Shown here: piece after piece, positions 11,268-22,232 of the stretch
Numbering within the stretch: the first letter of the stretch is position 1
Layout: each line of letters starts with the position of its first letter
Source of the DNA: an uncultured Acidobacteriota bacterium
Lineage (GTDB): Bacteria; Acidobacteriota; Blastocatellia; RBC074
Direction of reading: 5' to 3'
Assembly (NCBI GenBank): GCA_963796275.1
Contig: CAWCKY010000006.1
Span: forward strand, 1,344,001-1,408,000
Length of the DNA stretch: 64,000 bases
The notes under the pieces: generated by a model
What the model saw: only the letters and a program-made list of their open reading frames with translations
Database searches by the model: none
What the model was told of the DNA's origin: nothing
Program-made: the position numbers and the translations under genes

Positions 11268-12253
11268 AAAAATTGCGTTGGGGCATTTTAAGCACATCAA
11301 ATTTCGCACTCACTAAAATCATACCCGCTCTCAAAAACTGCAAACACGCTGAAGTTACGGCAATTGCATCGCGCGAACTGCAAAAGGCGAAGAGAGTTGC
11401 GCAGGAGCAGGGAATAGCCAGGGCTTACGGGTCATATGAAGAGCTGCTGGCCGATCCTGAAATCGAGGTGATTTATAATCCCTTGCCGAATCACATGCAC
11501 GTCCCCTGGTCGATCAAGGCGATTGCAGCCGGCAAGCACGTGCTGTGCGAAAAACCGATCGCATTGAGTTCCGCGGAAGCGCAATTGCTGCTTAATGAAG
11601 CGAAGTTGCACTCCAGCCGAAAAGTGATGGAGGCTTTCATGTATCGCCATCACCCGCAATGGCAGCGTGCGAAGCAGATAGTTCGGGAAGGTAAGATCGG
11701 CGAGTTGAAAACGATCCAGTCATTCTTCTCATACTTCAATACCAACGCGGACAACATTCGGAATATTGCCGATGTGGGCGGCGGCGGGATGATGGATATC
11801 GGCTGCTACAACGTCTCGCTTTCGCGATTTATCTTCGATGCCGAGCCGCAGCGCGTGCTGGGATTGCTGGAATACGATCCAGAGTTCAAGACCGACCGCA
11901 TAGCCTCAGGCATTTTGGATTTCGGGCGAGGTACTTCTACATTCACCTGCTCGACTCAGCTATCGCCATATCAGAGAGTCAACATCTTCGGCACTGAAGG
12001 CCGCGTCGAGATCGAGATACCTTTCAATGCTCCGCCCGATCGACCGTGCCGCATCTGGCATAAATATGGTAATGAGATTGATGAGATAGGGTTTGCAGTC
12101 TGCGATCAATATACGATCGAGGGCGATCTATTCTCCCAGGCAGTGATGAACGATACCCCGGTGCCCACGCCGCTCGAAGATGCGGTGGCCAATATGAGAG
12201 TGATCGAAGCGATATTCGAGAGCGGCAAAAAAGGAGCGTTTCTGCCTCTTTGA
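11264..12253 (+). CDS. Gfo/Idh/MocA oxidoreductase
   Basis: LRWGILST, GKHVLCEKP, EAFMYRHHPQ, GGGGMMDIGCY; ATGA overlap with upstream gene. Confidence 0.93.
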   Translation: MKKLRWGILSTSNFALTKIIPALKNCKHAEVTAIASRELQKAKRVAQEQGIARAYGSYEELLADPEIEVIYNPLPNHMHVPWSIKAIAAGKHVLCEKPIALSSAEAQLLLNEAKLHSSRKVMEAFMYRHHPQWQRAKQIVREGKIGELKTIQSFFSYFNTNADNIRNIADVGGGGMMDIGCYNVSLSRFIFDAEPQRVLGLLEYDPEFKTDRIASGILDFGRGTSTFTCSTQLSPYQRVNIFGTEGRVEIEIPFNAPPDRPCRIWHKYGNEIDEIGFAVCDQYTIEGDLFSQAVMNDTPVPTPLEDAVANMRVIEAIFESGKKGAFLPL

Positions 12254-12385
12254 AGGCTAATGGAAGACCGAGCGACCGGGCGAGAAATTCGCTCGTCGCC
12301 TTATGGTTCTGCCTTTTGCGTGCCGAGTATCCCACATCCTGCTTTATCGGTTCTGTTACACGTACTCTAGCGAAAAGGGAATTCA

Positions 12386-12417
12386 CCACAAAGGTCACAA
12401 AATTGTGACCTTTGTGG
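12386..12417. terminator. 15-bp hairpin between convergent genes
   Basis: CCACAAAGGTCACAA-AA-TTGTGACCTTTGTGG. Confidence 0.6.
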
Positions 12418-12438
12418 CTACTCTTCTTCTTGAAATTC

Positions 12439-15400
12439 TCAGAAGAGGAACTTCAGTGCAAACTGAATTGTTCTAGCCCCTTGTGAGGTCGTGATAAGCC
12501 CCAGTGCGGGCCCCAGACCCGCGGTCGGTGAATTGAGTATTGGCGTGTTTGTGAAGTTGATGAACTCGCTTCTGAATTCCAGACGTTTAGCCTCAGTGAT
12601 AGGGAAGAACTTCTGGAAGCTCAGATCGATAGTGCTCATACCTGGCCCACGGACCGTCCCAACTCCGCACGTTCCGAACGACGCCGGAGCGGCCGGGCCA
12701 TATGCGGTCGGATCAAACCACTGATAACCCTGAAAACCGGGGCCACTCCGCTTCCCAAAAACTTCGCCCGGGGCAATACAGTTGGCGCGGCTGCCCCGAG
12801 AATTGGTCCCCGAAGCGTCGCCTCCCGAGATCGTCAGCGGGAATCCGGTGCGAGCCTGAAAGATGCCGCTGACCTGCCAGTTAGCGATAACCGCATTAGC
12901 TACCGCGTTCAGACTGTCCCCATACTTCTTGCCGCGTCCGACCGGAAGTTCGTAAACGGCATATGCGCTCACCATATTCGTGGAGTCGAAGAACGTCGGC
13001 CCCCACTCCGCCCTGCCATTAAAAACGTTTTGCCAGTAGGGCGAGGACGGAGTCGTCTGCCCTGCCGAACCGTAGTAGCCGATCGAGTTGGTCATCGCCT
13101 TCGAGAAAGTATAGGCCACCTGGAATTGCAGGCCGGCGCTATATCGTTTCTGCAGCGTGGCCTGCAATGCATCGTAACGCTGGTTGCCGTTCGATTCCGT
13201 TCCGGAAATCTGCCCGATGCTCGCCAGCTCTGGATTGCCTGACAGGTAGGGACTCGGAGCGGTTATCGGTGTTCCGGCAGCATTGCTGCCCAGCAGTTGG
13301 CGCTGGAAATACGGCATAGGAACCATGAGGTGCGTACCGTGTTGACCGACATATCCCACCTGGAGCGTCATATCCTTGGCGAATTGATGCTGCACGGACA
13401 GGTTCCATTGCTGCACCACGGCCGGTCTGACATTCGGGTCCCACAATCGAATGACCGCGCCGGAAAACGGGTCGGACGGAGATTGCAGGACTGTCAGCCC
13501 CTGATCCGTGGTTGAACCCGGCAACGCGCCCGTGTAGTTGGTGTTGAACTCGGTGGTGAACGGCGGATTGAGCGGCAGGCGCAGGTTAGTGCCTGTTCCT
13601 TCGAAATAGGAGGAGATCGTATAGGCTCCGCGGATCACGGTATTACTCCCCAGAGCATCGGGGGTCCAGGCGAATCCGATGCGCGGCTGGAAGTTTCCTA
13701 TCGATGTGTAGGTGTGGTTGTACAGGGCACGGTTGTTGTCGTAGATGGTGGCAGGTGTGGTGCAACCCAGATCTGGTCTGCCTTCACCCGCACACTGCAC
13801 AGCGCCGCTGATCGGAGCGAAGTTGACCTGACGATCAAACACCTCGACCCAAGGCGTGTATGCTTCGTACCGCATCCCGAGATTGAGGGTCAGCGATTTT
13901 GTCGCCCTCCAGTCGTCATGGAAGTATGCGCCGAAGACGTTCGAGCGATGTCCCCAGCTTCCCGTATCGACGCCGCGTCCGAGCGTGTCGGGCAATCCCA
14001 GAATGAAGTCTGCTTCGCCCCTGCCGGCAGTGTTGCCGGCAACATCGAGCGGGTCGGGTCCTGCCGTGAATCGACCGGAGTAGATCATCCGTCCCGTGCG
14101 CCCGTTGTTGCCTGCATAGAAGGTGTTCAGGCGGTTCCTCTTGTACTGGAAGCCGGTATGGAAGATATGCTGACCGTGAGTGATGATCAGCGAATCCTCG
14201 AACTGAATCACCGTATTAGCGAAAAGCTGCTGATCACCGATGTTGAGACTGCCGATATTCGTGGCTCGCGCCGCGGTGAATTCAAGGGAGAGAAGCCCGG
14301 GGCCGCGATCATTGCCGTCCGCGATGCCCAGCTGATCAGCGACATTACCCAATCCGTTGTCGGTCCCGCCATTATTGACCAGCGTATAGTTAATGCCAAA
14401 CCTGGCCTCGTTGACCACTCTCGGATTGATCGTCCGCGTCCAGTTGGCGACGCCATTGCGAGAGGGAGCGAGGAAGAAAGTGTCAAATATGAGCGGGAAC
14501 GTATTGTTCCCGTTGGTTTCCTGGCGGCTCTGCGAATATCGCCCGAAGATGTGGTCCTTCTGTGACAGATTGTAATCGATCTTGATATCACCCTGATCGG
14601 TGGAAGTGGAAGTCCGCACAGTATTGGATTGATTCAGCTCGAGTTGATCGTTGATCGGCGCCGGATAGAGGCTCGGATTATTGAACAGATTCTGTGCCAC
14701 CGGATCGATCATCCCCGCCGGGATTCGATTAAATGCAAAAGGTACGCGGTCGCCGCTGGCGTCGGTTTGAAACGGGTTGTAAAGCTGCGTACCCATGCCG
14801 GGCTGGCAAACTCCGGCTGCATCGAATGCAGTACAGATCGCCGAGAAATCGCCCTGCCGTTGGGCATTGGTGAAGACGGTGATCGCTGTAGGCGCGGGGG
14901 AGATGTTTCGCAGTCCCTGATAGTCGGCGAAGAAGAAGAGCCGGTCCTTGATGATCGGGCCGCCGATGCTTCCGCCGAACTGATTCCAGCGCTGCGTTGG
15001 CTTATCCAATCCTGAGAAGTTGTTGCTCCAACTGTTGGCGTTCAAAACGTCGTTGCGGAAAAACTCGAAGGCGCTGCCGTGAAATTCGTTAGTCCCCGAC
15101 TTGATCGTCACGCTGATGATGCCGCCCTGGAAGTTTCCGAACTCCGCTGAAGCATTGTTGGTGATCAGATTGAACTCCTGAATAGCGTCCGGACTCGGCG
15201 TATAACCTACCAGGTTATCGGAAACCTGGTTATTGTCCATGCCATCCAGTATGAAGTTATTGGCCTGCTCGCGATTTCCGTTGATGTAGGGTCGACCGCT
15301 GTTGGCCGATGTCTGCGCGCCGGTCAGCGTCATTGGATTCGGGTTGACGCTGCCGGGTGCCAGGAGGGTCAACTGGATATAGTTTCTTGATGCCAGCGGC

Positions 15401-15852
15401 AGCGTGACATTGGTTCTGGAATCGATCACGGTTCCCAGCTGCGTCGTTTCGGTTTGAAGCAGAGGTGCAATCGCGCCGATGACCTCCGTGGTCTGAGTGT
15501 ATTCGCCGACCTCCATTTTGAAATCCAGCCGTGCCGTCTGGTTGATCTCCAGCTGAACGCCGGGACGAACTAACGTTCGGAACCCCTGGTTTTCGATCCG
15601 TATTTCATAACTGGCTACCGGTAAACGCGGCAGATTAAAGACTCCTTCAGAGTTGGTTTCGGTTGCCCATACAGTACCGCGCGCTTCATCTTTTGCGATC
15701 ACCTTGGCTTTGATAATCGGAGCATCGTTTTGATCCGTGACTCTGCCCAGAAGAGCGGCAGTGACCTGCTGACTCAGGGCTGGAATGGGAGCTATGATCA
15801 GGATTGCAATGAGCGCGAGAAAAACCCTGATTTGCTCACTTCGGTTCTTCAT
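12439..15852 (-). CDS. Oar-type TonB-dependent receptor
   Basis: Signal peptide, LPLASRNYIQLTLLAPG, KSGTNEFHGSAFEFFRN, C-terminal QFALKFLF; ATG at 15852 with GAGGAG. Confidence 0.95.
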   Translation of the reverse strand: MKNRSEQIRVFLALIAILIIAPIPALSQQVTAALLGRVTDQNDAPIIKAKVIAKDEARGTVWATETNSEGVFNLPRLPVASYEIRIENQGFRTLVRPGVQLEINQTARLDFKMEVGEYTQTTEVIGAIAPLLQTETTQLGTVIDSRTNVTLPLASRNYIQLTLLAPGSVNPNPMTLTGAQTSANSGRPYINGNREQANNFILDGMDNNQVSDNLVGYTPSPDAIQEFNLITNNASAEFGNFQGGIISVTIKSGTNEFHGSAFEFFRNDVLNANSWSNNFSGLDKPTQRWNQFGGSIGGPIIKDRLFFFADYQGLRNISPAPTAITVFTNAQRQGDFSAICTAFDAAGVCQPGMGTQLYNPFQTDASGDRVPFAFNRIPAGMIDPVAQNLFNNPSLYPAPINDQLELNQSNTVRTSTSTDQGDIKIDYNLSQKDHIFGRYSQSRQETNGNNTFPLIFDTFFLAPSRNGVANWTRTINPRVVNEARFGINYTLVNNGGTDNGLGNVADQLGIADGNDRGPGLLSLEFTAARATNIGSLNIGDQQLFANTVIQFEDSLIITHGQHIFHTGFQYKRNRLNTFYAGNNGRTGRMIYSGRFTAGPDPLDVAGNTAGRGEADFILGLPDTLGRGVDTGSWGHRSNVFGAYFHDDWRATKSLTLNLGMRYEAYTPWVEVFDRQVNFAPISGAVQCAGEGRPDLGCTTPATIYDNNRALYNHTYTSIGNFQPRIGFAWTPDALGSNTVIRGAYTISSYFEGTGTNLRLPLNPPFTTEFNTNYTGALPGSTTDQGLTVLQSPSDPFSGAVIRLWDPNVRPAVVQQWNLSVQHQFAKDMTLQVGYVGQHGTHLMVPMPYFQRQLLGSNAAGTPITAPSPYLSGNPELASIGQISGTESNGNQRYDALQATLQKRYSAGLQFQVAYTFSKAMTNSIGYYGSAGQTTPSSPYWQNVFNGRAEWGPTFFDSTNMVSAYAVYELPVGRGKKYGDSLNAVANAVIANWQVSGIFQARTGFPLTISGGDASGTNSRGSRANCIAPGEVFGKRSGPGFQGYQWFDPTAYGPAAPASFGTCGVGTVRGPGMSTIDLSFQKFFPITEAKRLEFRSEFINFTNTPILNSPTAGLGPALGLITTSQGARTIQFALKFLF

Positions 15853-16415
15853 CGTTTCTCCTCTCGAATTCGTGGATAGTGACAAAATCCGAGCACATTA
15901 TTGGTCCTTCGGTTTCACCCGCAGACCGATCCCGCAGACCGATCGCGATGCGATGGATACACGCGGAGCAAATTCCGCGGTCATCCGTCACTTCTCAGTC
16001 GATCTGCGGTGACATTTTTTTCAAAGTTCAAGGGCTCGATTTTGGTTTGATTTTTATCTCTTTACTGCTTCCTACCATCCCAGCATAGCCAGCCTTCTCA
16101 AAATGAGAGTAATAATAATTAGGATTGTTTTCGGCCAGTTTCGTTCTTGATCGAAAATCGGAGACTGGAAAAATGCCACGGGGGAGTAGCGAGAAATTGT
16201 TTATTTCTGGAGTCCCACCGCTTCCCCGTGGTGAATCTGCTCCAAATTTCTGCTTTTCGATTTAGACATCCTATTAGAGTCGGGTCAATGCTATTACTGT
16301 AAATTAACAAGTTAATGGGTGCCATTAACATGTTTGTTTTTGAGAGATTTAGGGATTGCAGATGCCTTGCCTGTTGACGAATTTGTAAGGATAATGAGTT
16401 GGGGTCATTCTTGAT

Positions 16416-17765
16416 ATGGCTGTTCAATCGACAAAACATGCGCTCGAAATAATGAATGAGGACGAGGTTCGCCAGACCCTGGAAAGGGTTCTGAATAGTA
16501 AATATTTCGTGCATGCGCATAAGAAGAGACAATTTTTAAACATTGTCAGTAATTTCTATCTGAATGGACGTGCTCACGAGCTCAATGAATACGTGCTCGC
16601 ATATGATGTCTTCGGACGAGACAACACATACAATCCTTCAGCTGATCCGATAGTTCGAGTTGTTGCTCACGAAATCCGCAAAAAGTTGGAGAGTTATTAT
16701 CAGAATGAAGGCGCGGGAGACGATATTCGGATGGAACTTCCGGCGGGCAGCTACCAACCGGTCTTTTCCCGCCAGCAACTTCCGCCGGCAGACGAGATAA
16801 AAAACGTCTCGATACCGGTCGAAACAACGATACAAACGTCGCCCGACCGCCAGCCTATGAATCTCGGGATAATCGTCCTGTCCTTTGTTTGTCTGGCTCT
16901 GGCGGCAACGGTAATCGTCCTCGCACTGGTGAACCGAGCGCTCAGAGCGAAACCGGCTGCTACCCGTAATGCCTCCGTCTATGGTGTTGTCTGGGAGAGT
17001 TTTCTGACTGATGCGACTCCGCCCGTGGTCGTTCTGAGCAATCCATTGGTACCGCGCCTTTCCAATGCGCACGAGCCGGAAATACTCCTCAAAGAGTCAG
17101 TGCCGCTTTCGCCAGGGGCGATCAAGGCGTTAAAGGATAAGCTGATCACCAATCCGCAGACGCTCGTCGGTGAATCGAGGGTTAAATTTCAAAATAACAC
17201 CAGACTGATTATCAGCAACCATAATCTTACGGGCCTGGGCGAAGCCATCGGGCTTCATTACCTGACCAATTTTTTCCGTGATGTGAATCGAGAGATCGCC
17301 CTCAAACAGAGCCGCACGCTCAGCGCGGAAGACCTGAAGAATCGCAATGTCATAATGCTGGGGGGCGCGTGGGTGAATGATTGGTCGGGTAAGCTTCCGG
17401 ATGATGAGGATTTCGCTTACAGCGTAAACGCCACTATTTTGAATCGGAACCCGCAACCGGGCGAGGAGCGTGAATATGTTCCCCAGTTTGACAGCCGCAC
17501 TGGAGGGCTTCTGACCGACTACGCTCTCATTACTATCAAACCGAACCTGACAGCGGCCAATAAGGTCATGGTGCTCTCGGGGATTTATAGTCAGGGTACG
17601 GAAGCCGCTGTCGAGTTTGTCACCGTCAGGAACTTCTTGAAGCAGATCAATCAGCGGCTCGAACAGTCTAAGATGTCGGATCATTTTCAGGCTCTACTCA
17701 AGGTAGGTGTAGAGAATGGAATACCGACTACCATCTCGATCCTCGCGCTTCATAAATTACCATAG
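16416..17765 (+). CDS. membrane-anchored one-component regulator (wHTH-like N-terminus, single TM, extracytoplasmic domain)
   Basis: LERVLNS..F...EYVLAYDVFGRDNTYNPSADPIVRVVAHEIRKKLESYY, a TM at about aa 150-172, divergent from the TBDR. Confidence 0.7.
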   Translation: MAVQSTKHALEIMNEDEVRQTLERVLNSKYFVHAHKKRQFLNIVSNFYLNGRAHELNEYVLAYDVFGRDNTYNPSADPIVRVVAHEIRKKLESYYQNEGAGDDIRMELPAGSYQPVFSRQQLPPADEIKNVSIPVETTIQTSPDRQPMNLGIIVLSFVCLALAATVIVLALVNRALRAKPAATRNASVYGVVWESFLTDATPPVVVLSNPLVPRLSNAHEPEILLKESVPLSPGAIKALKDKLITNPQTLVGESRVKFQNNTRLIISNHNLTGLGEAIGLHYLTNFFRDVNREIALKQSRTLSAEDLKNRNVIMLGGAWVNDWSGKLPDDEDFAYSVNATILNRNPQPGEEREYVPQFDSRTGGLLTDYALITIKPNLTAANKVMVLSGIYSQGTEAAVEFVTVRNFLKQINQRLEQSKMSDHFQALLKVGVENGIPTTISILALHKLP

Positions 17766-17864
17766 CGTGTACTCTTCCTTCAGCCGTCGTACAAAAGGGG
17801 TTTCGCGGCTGTTCTCATGCGCTTCAAGAAGCATTTAAAATTCGCGCTCCGGCAGCATGCAGAT

Positions 17865-19100
17865 CTAGAAGATCACCACCATTGCTCCCTCGGGTATTCG
17901 ATCATAGAAACTGCGAATATCGCGAATGTGCATAACCACACAACCCCAGGACAGATGGCGCGGGCCGTTATTATTCCACTCGTTTATCCAACCGTGAAAA
18001 CCTATGCCTCCGCCTAGTCTCGTGCTCTCCATTGTGGGGGCGCGTTTTTCCCAGCTAGCGCTGATTTTTGTCTCCTGCTCGGTAGAGATCACATTATCTG
18101 CCTTGCCCCACGCGGCATCGTACTTATTCGGATAATTGAATTTGATCCAATGGCCGCCATAGTATTTTCCATATTCACCATCGAAATGGCCGCGATGCTT
18201 ATGAATGACGAAATACATTCCTTTCGGGGTTTTATTATCTCCCTGCTTGCGTTTCTGTCCCTTGCTCTGACCGAAGCTGACATCATACTCACCCTGCCTT
18301 TTACCCTTTTCGTAAAGCCGCATCTTATAGCTCGCCTGGTCTACCAGGACAAGCGTAGCTTCCTGCTGCGGCACGAATAGTTTGCGGTGATCGTTGATGA
18401 ACTCTGTGGGAGCGGCGTAGTGTTTGCCTACCCAGGCAACATCTTTCCCGTCCGATGATGGCCAGTATGTGGGCGAAAGTGTTTCATTCAATCTGAGCTC
18501 AAGATGTAAATGTGCCTTGAAGAGTTTCTCCGGGTCTTGCCCGATGCTGGCGATCAGCTGTCGCCTGCGCACGTCCTGCCCGCTTTGTACTTTTATCTCT
18601 AATAGGTGGGCATAGAGTGAACGAATTTTTCGTTTCTCGTAATTCTCATAATATGTATGCTCGATAATGATCACATTTCCCCAAAGCCTGCCGCAATGCG
18701 CGGCAAAGATCACCCGCCCGTTTGCCACCGCGTAGACGTCTTGTCCGAGGTCTGTATCTCCTCCGCCTGCGCCATTCCAGTCTTCACCAGGATGAATTCC
18801 GAGACTATATTCTTCGGCAAACCGTGTGGCGACATACCAACCGTTATGCTGCTTACCGGTCGCTTTATCTGTATAAAATCCTTCGCCCTCAGCATCTCCA
18901 ACCGGGAAATCGAAGCCGTCCGCGGGTGGAGCTTCAGCGTTAATATATTCGTCAAAGACATTAGCATTTGGGCGCGAAGGATGTGTTGGATTCGGTTGAA
19001 TCCCGTGGGAATTGGTACAGGCACTCGTAAAGAGCGCCGAGGCTAAGGACAAATAAATTATGATGAGATCACTGTGCCTGTTCACAATTGTCATAAGCAT
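17865..19100 (-). CDS. lipoprotein: M23 peptidase fused to L,D-transpeptidase (YkuD) domain
   Basis: Lipobox-like FTSAC; HPGED, SLYAHL, HLHLE (M23); DNKTPKGMY, IGFHGW...LSWGCVVM (YkuD). Confidence 0.9.
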   Translation of the reverse strand: MLMTIVNRHSDLIIIYLSLASALFTSACTNSHGIQPNPTHPSRPNANVFDEYINAEAPPADGFDFPVGDAEGEGFYTDKATGKQHNGWYVATRFAEEYSLGIHPGEDWNGAGGGDTDLGQDVYAVANGRVIFAAHCGRLWGNVIIIEHTYYENYEKRKIRSLYAHLLEIKVQSGQDVRRRQLIASIGQDPEKLFKAHLHLELRLNETLSPTYWPSSDGKDVAWVGKHYAAPTEFINDHRKLFVPQQEATLVLVDQASYKMRLYEKGKRQGEYDVSFGQSKGQKRKQGDNKTPKGMYFVIHKHRGHFDGEYGKYYGGHWIKFNYPNKYDAAWGKADNVISTEQETKISASWEKRAPTMESTRLGGGIGFHGWINEWNNNGPRHLSWGCVVMHIRDIRSFYDRIPEGAMVVIF

Positions 19101-19156
19101 AGATTATGCTCCAAACTCATTTGTCTCACATCGTCGATAATGCTTTTATCTATATT

Positions 19157-20693
19157 ATGACTGATCATAATGCTAAACAGCCGGTAACGCCTAAGGATGC
19201 CGCGGCCATGATTTTATTACGAAATCATGATGACCCGCAGGTATTTCTGGTGAAGCGGGCGAAGACCCTCGCTTTCATGGCGAATTATTACGCATTTCCC
19301 GGTGGCCAGCGTGATGCTGGCGACGCCGAAACCCCGGTTCTCAACGGTGATGGCATCGATGATGTCGTAATGCGCGTCTGCGCCATCAGAGAGCTGTTCG
19401 AAGAGACGGGGGTCTTGATTGCCAGGGGAGCGGAGGGCATGCCGGCAAAAAAGCTCAATACCCTACGTCACGAACTGAATTCGGACCAAACATCTTTCAA
19501 AGATTTGCTCGCGCGCCAAGGCCTGGCGCTCGATGCCAATCTGTTGGTCGAGGCGCCCCGCTGGGTGACGCCGGCGCATTCGCCGCGCCGCTACAACACG
19601 CGGTTCTTTGCCGCCTGGCTTCCGAAAGGCCAGGAGACCGAGGTCATTCCGGGTGAGCTGGAGCGGGGCGAATGGCTACGTCCCAAAGAGGCTCTGCAGC
19701 GGTGGGTCGACGGCGATTGTACCATCGTCACACCGATCGTTTTCGCACTGAAGGCTTTGGCTGAAGGCGTGGATGATTTCACCCGAAGAATGTATGCGGT
19801 CTCACAGCAGGAGCGCGACCATCTCGAGACGCGGATAGAGATGTGCTACGGCTTTTTCCTATGCCCATTGCGCACGCCGACGCTGCCGCCCGCGACGCAT
19901 ACCAACTGCTACCTTATCGGCGGCGATCAAATGGTTATCGTCAGATCCCGGTTCGCCCTATCCCGATCAGCAGGAACTGCTCGACGAGGTAATCGTTCGG
20001 TTTCTCGCGCAGGGCAGAGCGATGCGCGAGATCATCGTCACCCATCTTCATCAGGACCATATCGGCGGCGTCATGCATCTTTCCCAAAAATTCAATCTGC
20101 CCGTCGCCGCGCACCGGATGACGGCTGAAGCGATAAAAGATGAAGTCCGCGTCGATCGCCTGATCGAAGATGGGGACCTGATCGAGATCAACGAGGCAGG
20201 AACAGGGGTCGCGTGGCGGTTGCGTGCGATGTGGACTCCGGGGCACGCGCGCGGCCATCTCAGCCTCTATGAAGACCGAACCGGGACGCTGTTGACGGGA
20301 GATTGCGTAGTCGGCTTCGGCACAGTCGTAATCGCCCCTCCCGAAGGGGACATGAGAGATTACCTCGTTTCACTGCGGAGGTTCCTCGCACTGCCGAGAT
20401 TGACCTCTTTGATGCCGGGACATGGCCCGGTGCTCGTCGACGCGCGCGGCAAAATCGAAGAATATATCGCGCATCGCATCGATCGCGAGGCGCAGATCGT
20501 CGAGGTGATGATGAATGGCGATCGCGAAATTCCCGCGATCGTCAAAGCCATTTACACCGACGTGCCCGAGGCAATGCATAAATTGGCGGAGATGTCGGTG
20601 CTCGCTCATCTTGAAAAGCTTATGAGCGAGGGACGAGTTATACGAAGAGGGGAAAAATTCGAATTGTTTGACGATCCACAAATGCGATTTTAG
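19157..20693 (+). CDS. Nudix hydrolase fused to MBL-fold (LACTB2-like) hydrolase (extra A near 19943)
   Basis: AFPGG...[15 protein letters not shown]...RRYNTRFF; then [36 protein letters not shown]. Confidence 0.88.
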
Positions 20694-20894
20694 AATGTGG
20701 GTTTATAAGTTAAGCTTGTTGGTTCGCAGTGTCTTCAAAAGCACTCCGTAAATATAGCGCGTTCGCCGCCGAAGGCAGAGGACGCTGAGGTCGCGCAGAA
20801 AAAAACTGGTTTATAAAGTTTCCCTCTGCGTTTTCCTTCTGTCCCTCAGCGGTGAGCCGGTTATCATCCATCAAACAAAGAAAAGGGTGTCATT

Positions 20895-22232
20895 ATGTTC
20901 CCGCGCTCGCATTGTCTGTTTCTCTCACTTTGCTTCATCGGGCTCATCCTGTCGACCGTTGCGCCGCCACTATCGAGCGCGCAATCGCAATATCGGCCGA
21001 CACCGGAGAACCTGGAAGCGCGACGATGGTTCCAGGATGCGAAATTCGGCCTCTTCATTCATTGGGGAGTTTACAGCGTGCTCGGAAAGGGCGAATGGGT
21101 GATGAATAATGACAAGATGGCGATCAGCGAGTACGAGAAATTGCCGGCGCAATTCAATCCCACGGAATTCGATCCGGCCCAATGGGTCGGATTGGCGAAA
21201 GCTGCGGGGATGAAGTACATCACGATCACGAGCAAGCACCACGATGGATTCGCGATGTTCGATTCAAAACTCACTGATTGGGATATCGTAGACCGCACGC
21301 CTTACAAAAAAGATGTGCTCAAATTGCTCGCCGAGGAATGCCGGAAACAGGAGATAAAGCTGTTTTTCTACCACTCACAACTCGACTGGCGCTGTCCCGA
21401 TTATTTTCCGCGCGGGCGGACGGGGCTGACGGCGGGCCGACCTGAAAGCGGCGAGTGGTTCAAGTATCTCGATTTCATGGACGGCCAGCTCAAAGAACTT
21501 TTGACGAATTACGGGCCCATCGGTGGGATCTGGTTTGATGGAATGTGGGACAAGCCGGATGCTGACTGGCGGCTTGGACAGACCTACAAGCTGATTCATG
21601 ATCTGCAGCCGGCGGCGCTCGTAGGATCTAATCATCACTTGAAGCCGTTCCCCGGCGAAGATTTTCAGATGTTCGAGAAGGATCTGCCCGGGCAGAAGAC
21701 CTCGAGCTTCAACGAAAAGTCGGAGATCGGAGATCTGCCGCTCGAAACCTGCGAGACGATCAACGGGGCGTGGGGTTACAATGCTGATGATAAAAAGTTC
21801 AAAAGCACCAAAGATCTGATTCATTATCTCGTGCGCGCCGCCGGATACGGCGCCAACTTCTTACTCAATGTCGGCCCGATGCCTGACGGTAGAATTCAGC
21901 CAGAGTTTGCCACCCGCTTGAAAGAGGTGGGACAGTGGTTGGAGAAGAATGGAGAATCGATCTACGGCACGCGCGGCGGTCCGCTAACTCCGCGCCCGTG
22001 GGGCGTGACCACGAGAAAGGGAAATAAGGTCTATCTTCATCTTATCAATTGGCAGGACCCGGTCTTGTCGATGCCGAAAATGCCGCAGAAGGTCAAATCA
22101 GCGAAGTTTCTCAAAGACGGTAGCAAAGTCGAATTTCTCGAACACGACAAATACGGGTTCTTCGTCAGAATCCCGCAGAACGCCATAGATGAGATCGACA
22201 CAATCGTTGTGCTCGAACTCGCCGGGAGCTAA
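20895..22232 (+). CDS. alpha-L-fucosidase (GH29)
   Basis: WFQDAKFGLFIHWG, TSKHHDGF, IWFDG, LLNVGPMPDG; signal peptide. Confidence 0.95.
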   Translation: MFPRSHCLFLSLCFIGLILSTVAPPLSSAQSQYRPTPENLEARRWFQDAKFGLFIHWGVYSVLGKGEWVMNNDKMAISEYEKLPAQFNPTEFDPAQWVGLAKAAGMKYITITSKHHDGFAMFDSKLTDWDIVDRTPYKKDVLKLLAEECRKQEIKLFFYHSQLDWRCPDYFPRGRTGLTAGRPESGEWFKYLDFMDGQLKELLTNYGPIGGIWFDGMWDKPDADWRLGQTYKLIHDLQPAALVGSNHHLKPFPGEDFQMFEKDLPGQKTSSFNEKSEIGDLPLETCETINGAWGYNADDKKFKSTKDLIHYLVRAAGYGANFLLNVGPMPDGRIQPEFATRLKEVGQWLEKNGESIYGTRGGPLTPRPWGVTTRKGNKVYLHLINWQDPVLSMPKMPQKVKSAKFLKDGSKVEFLEHDKYGFFVRIPQNAIDEIDTIVVLELAGS

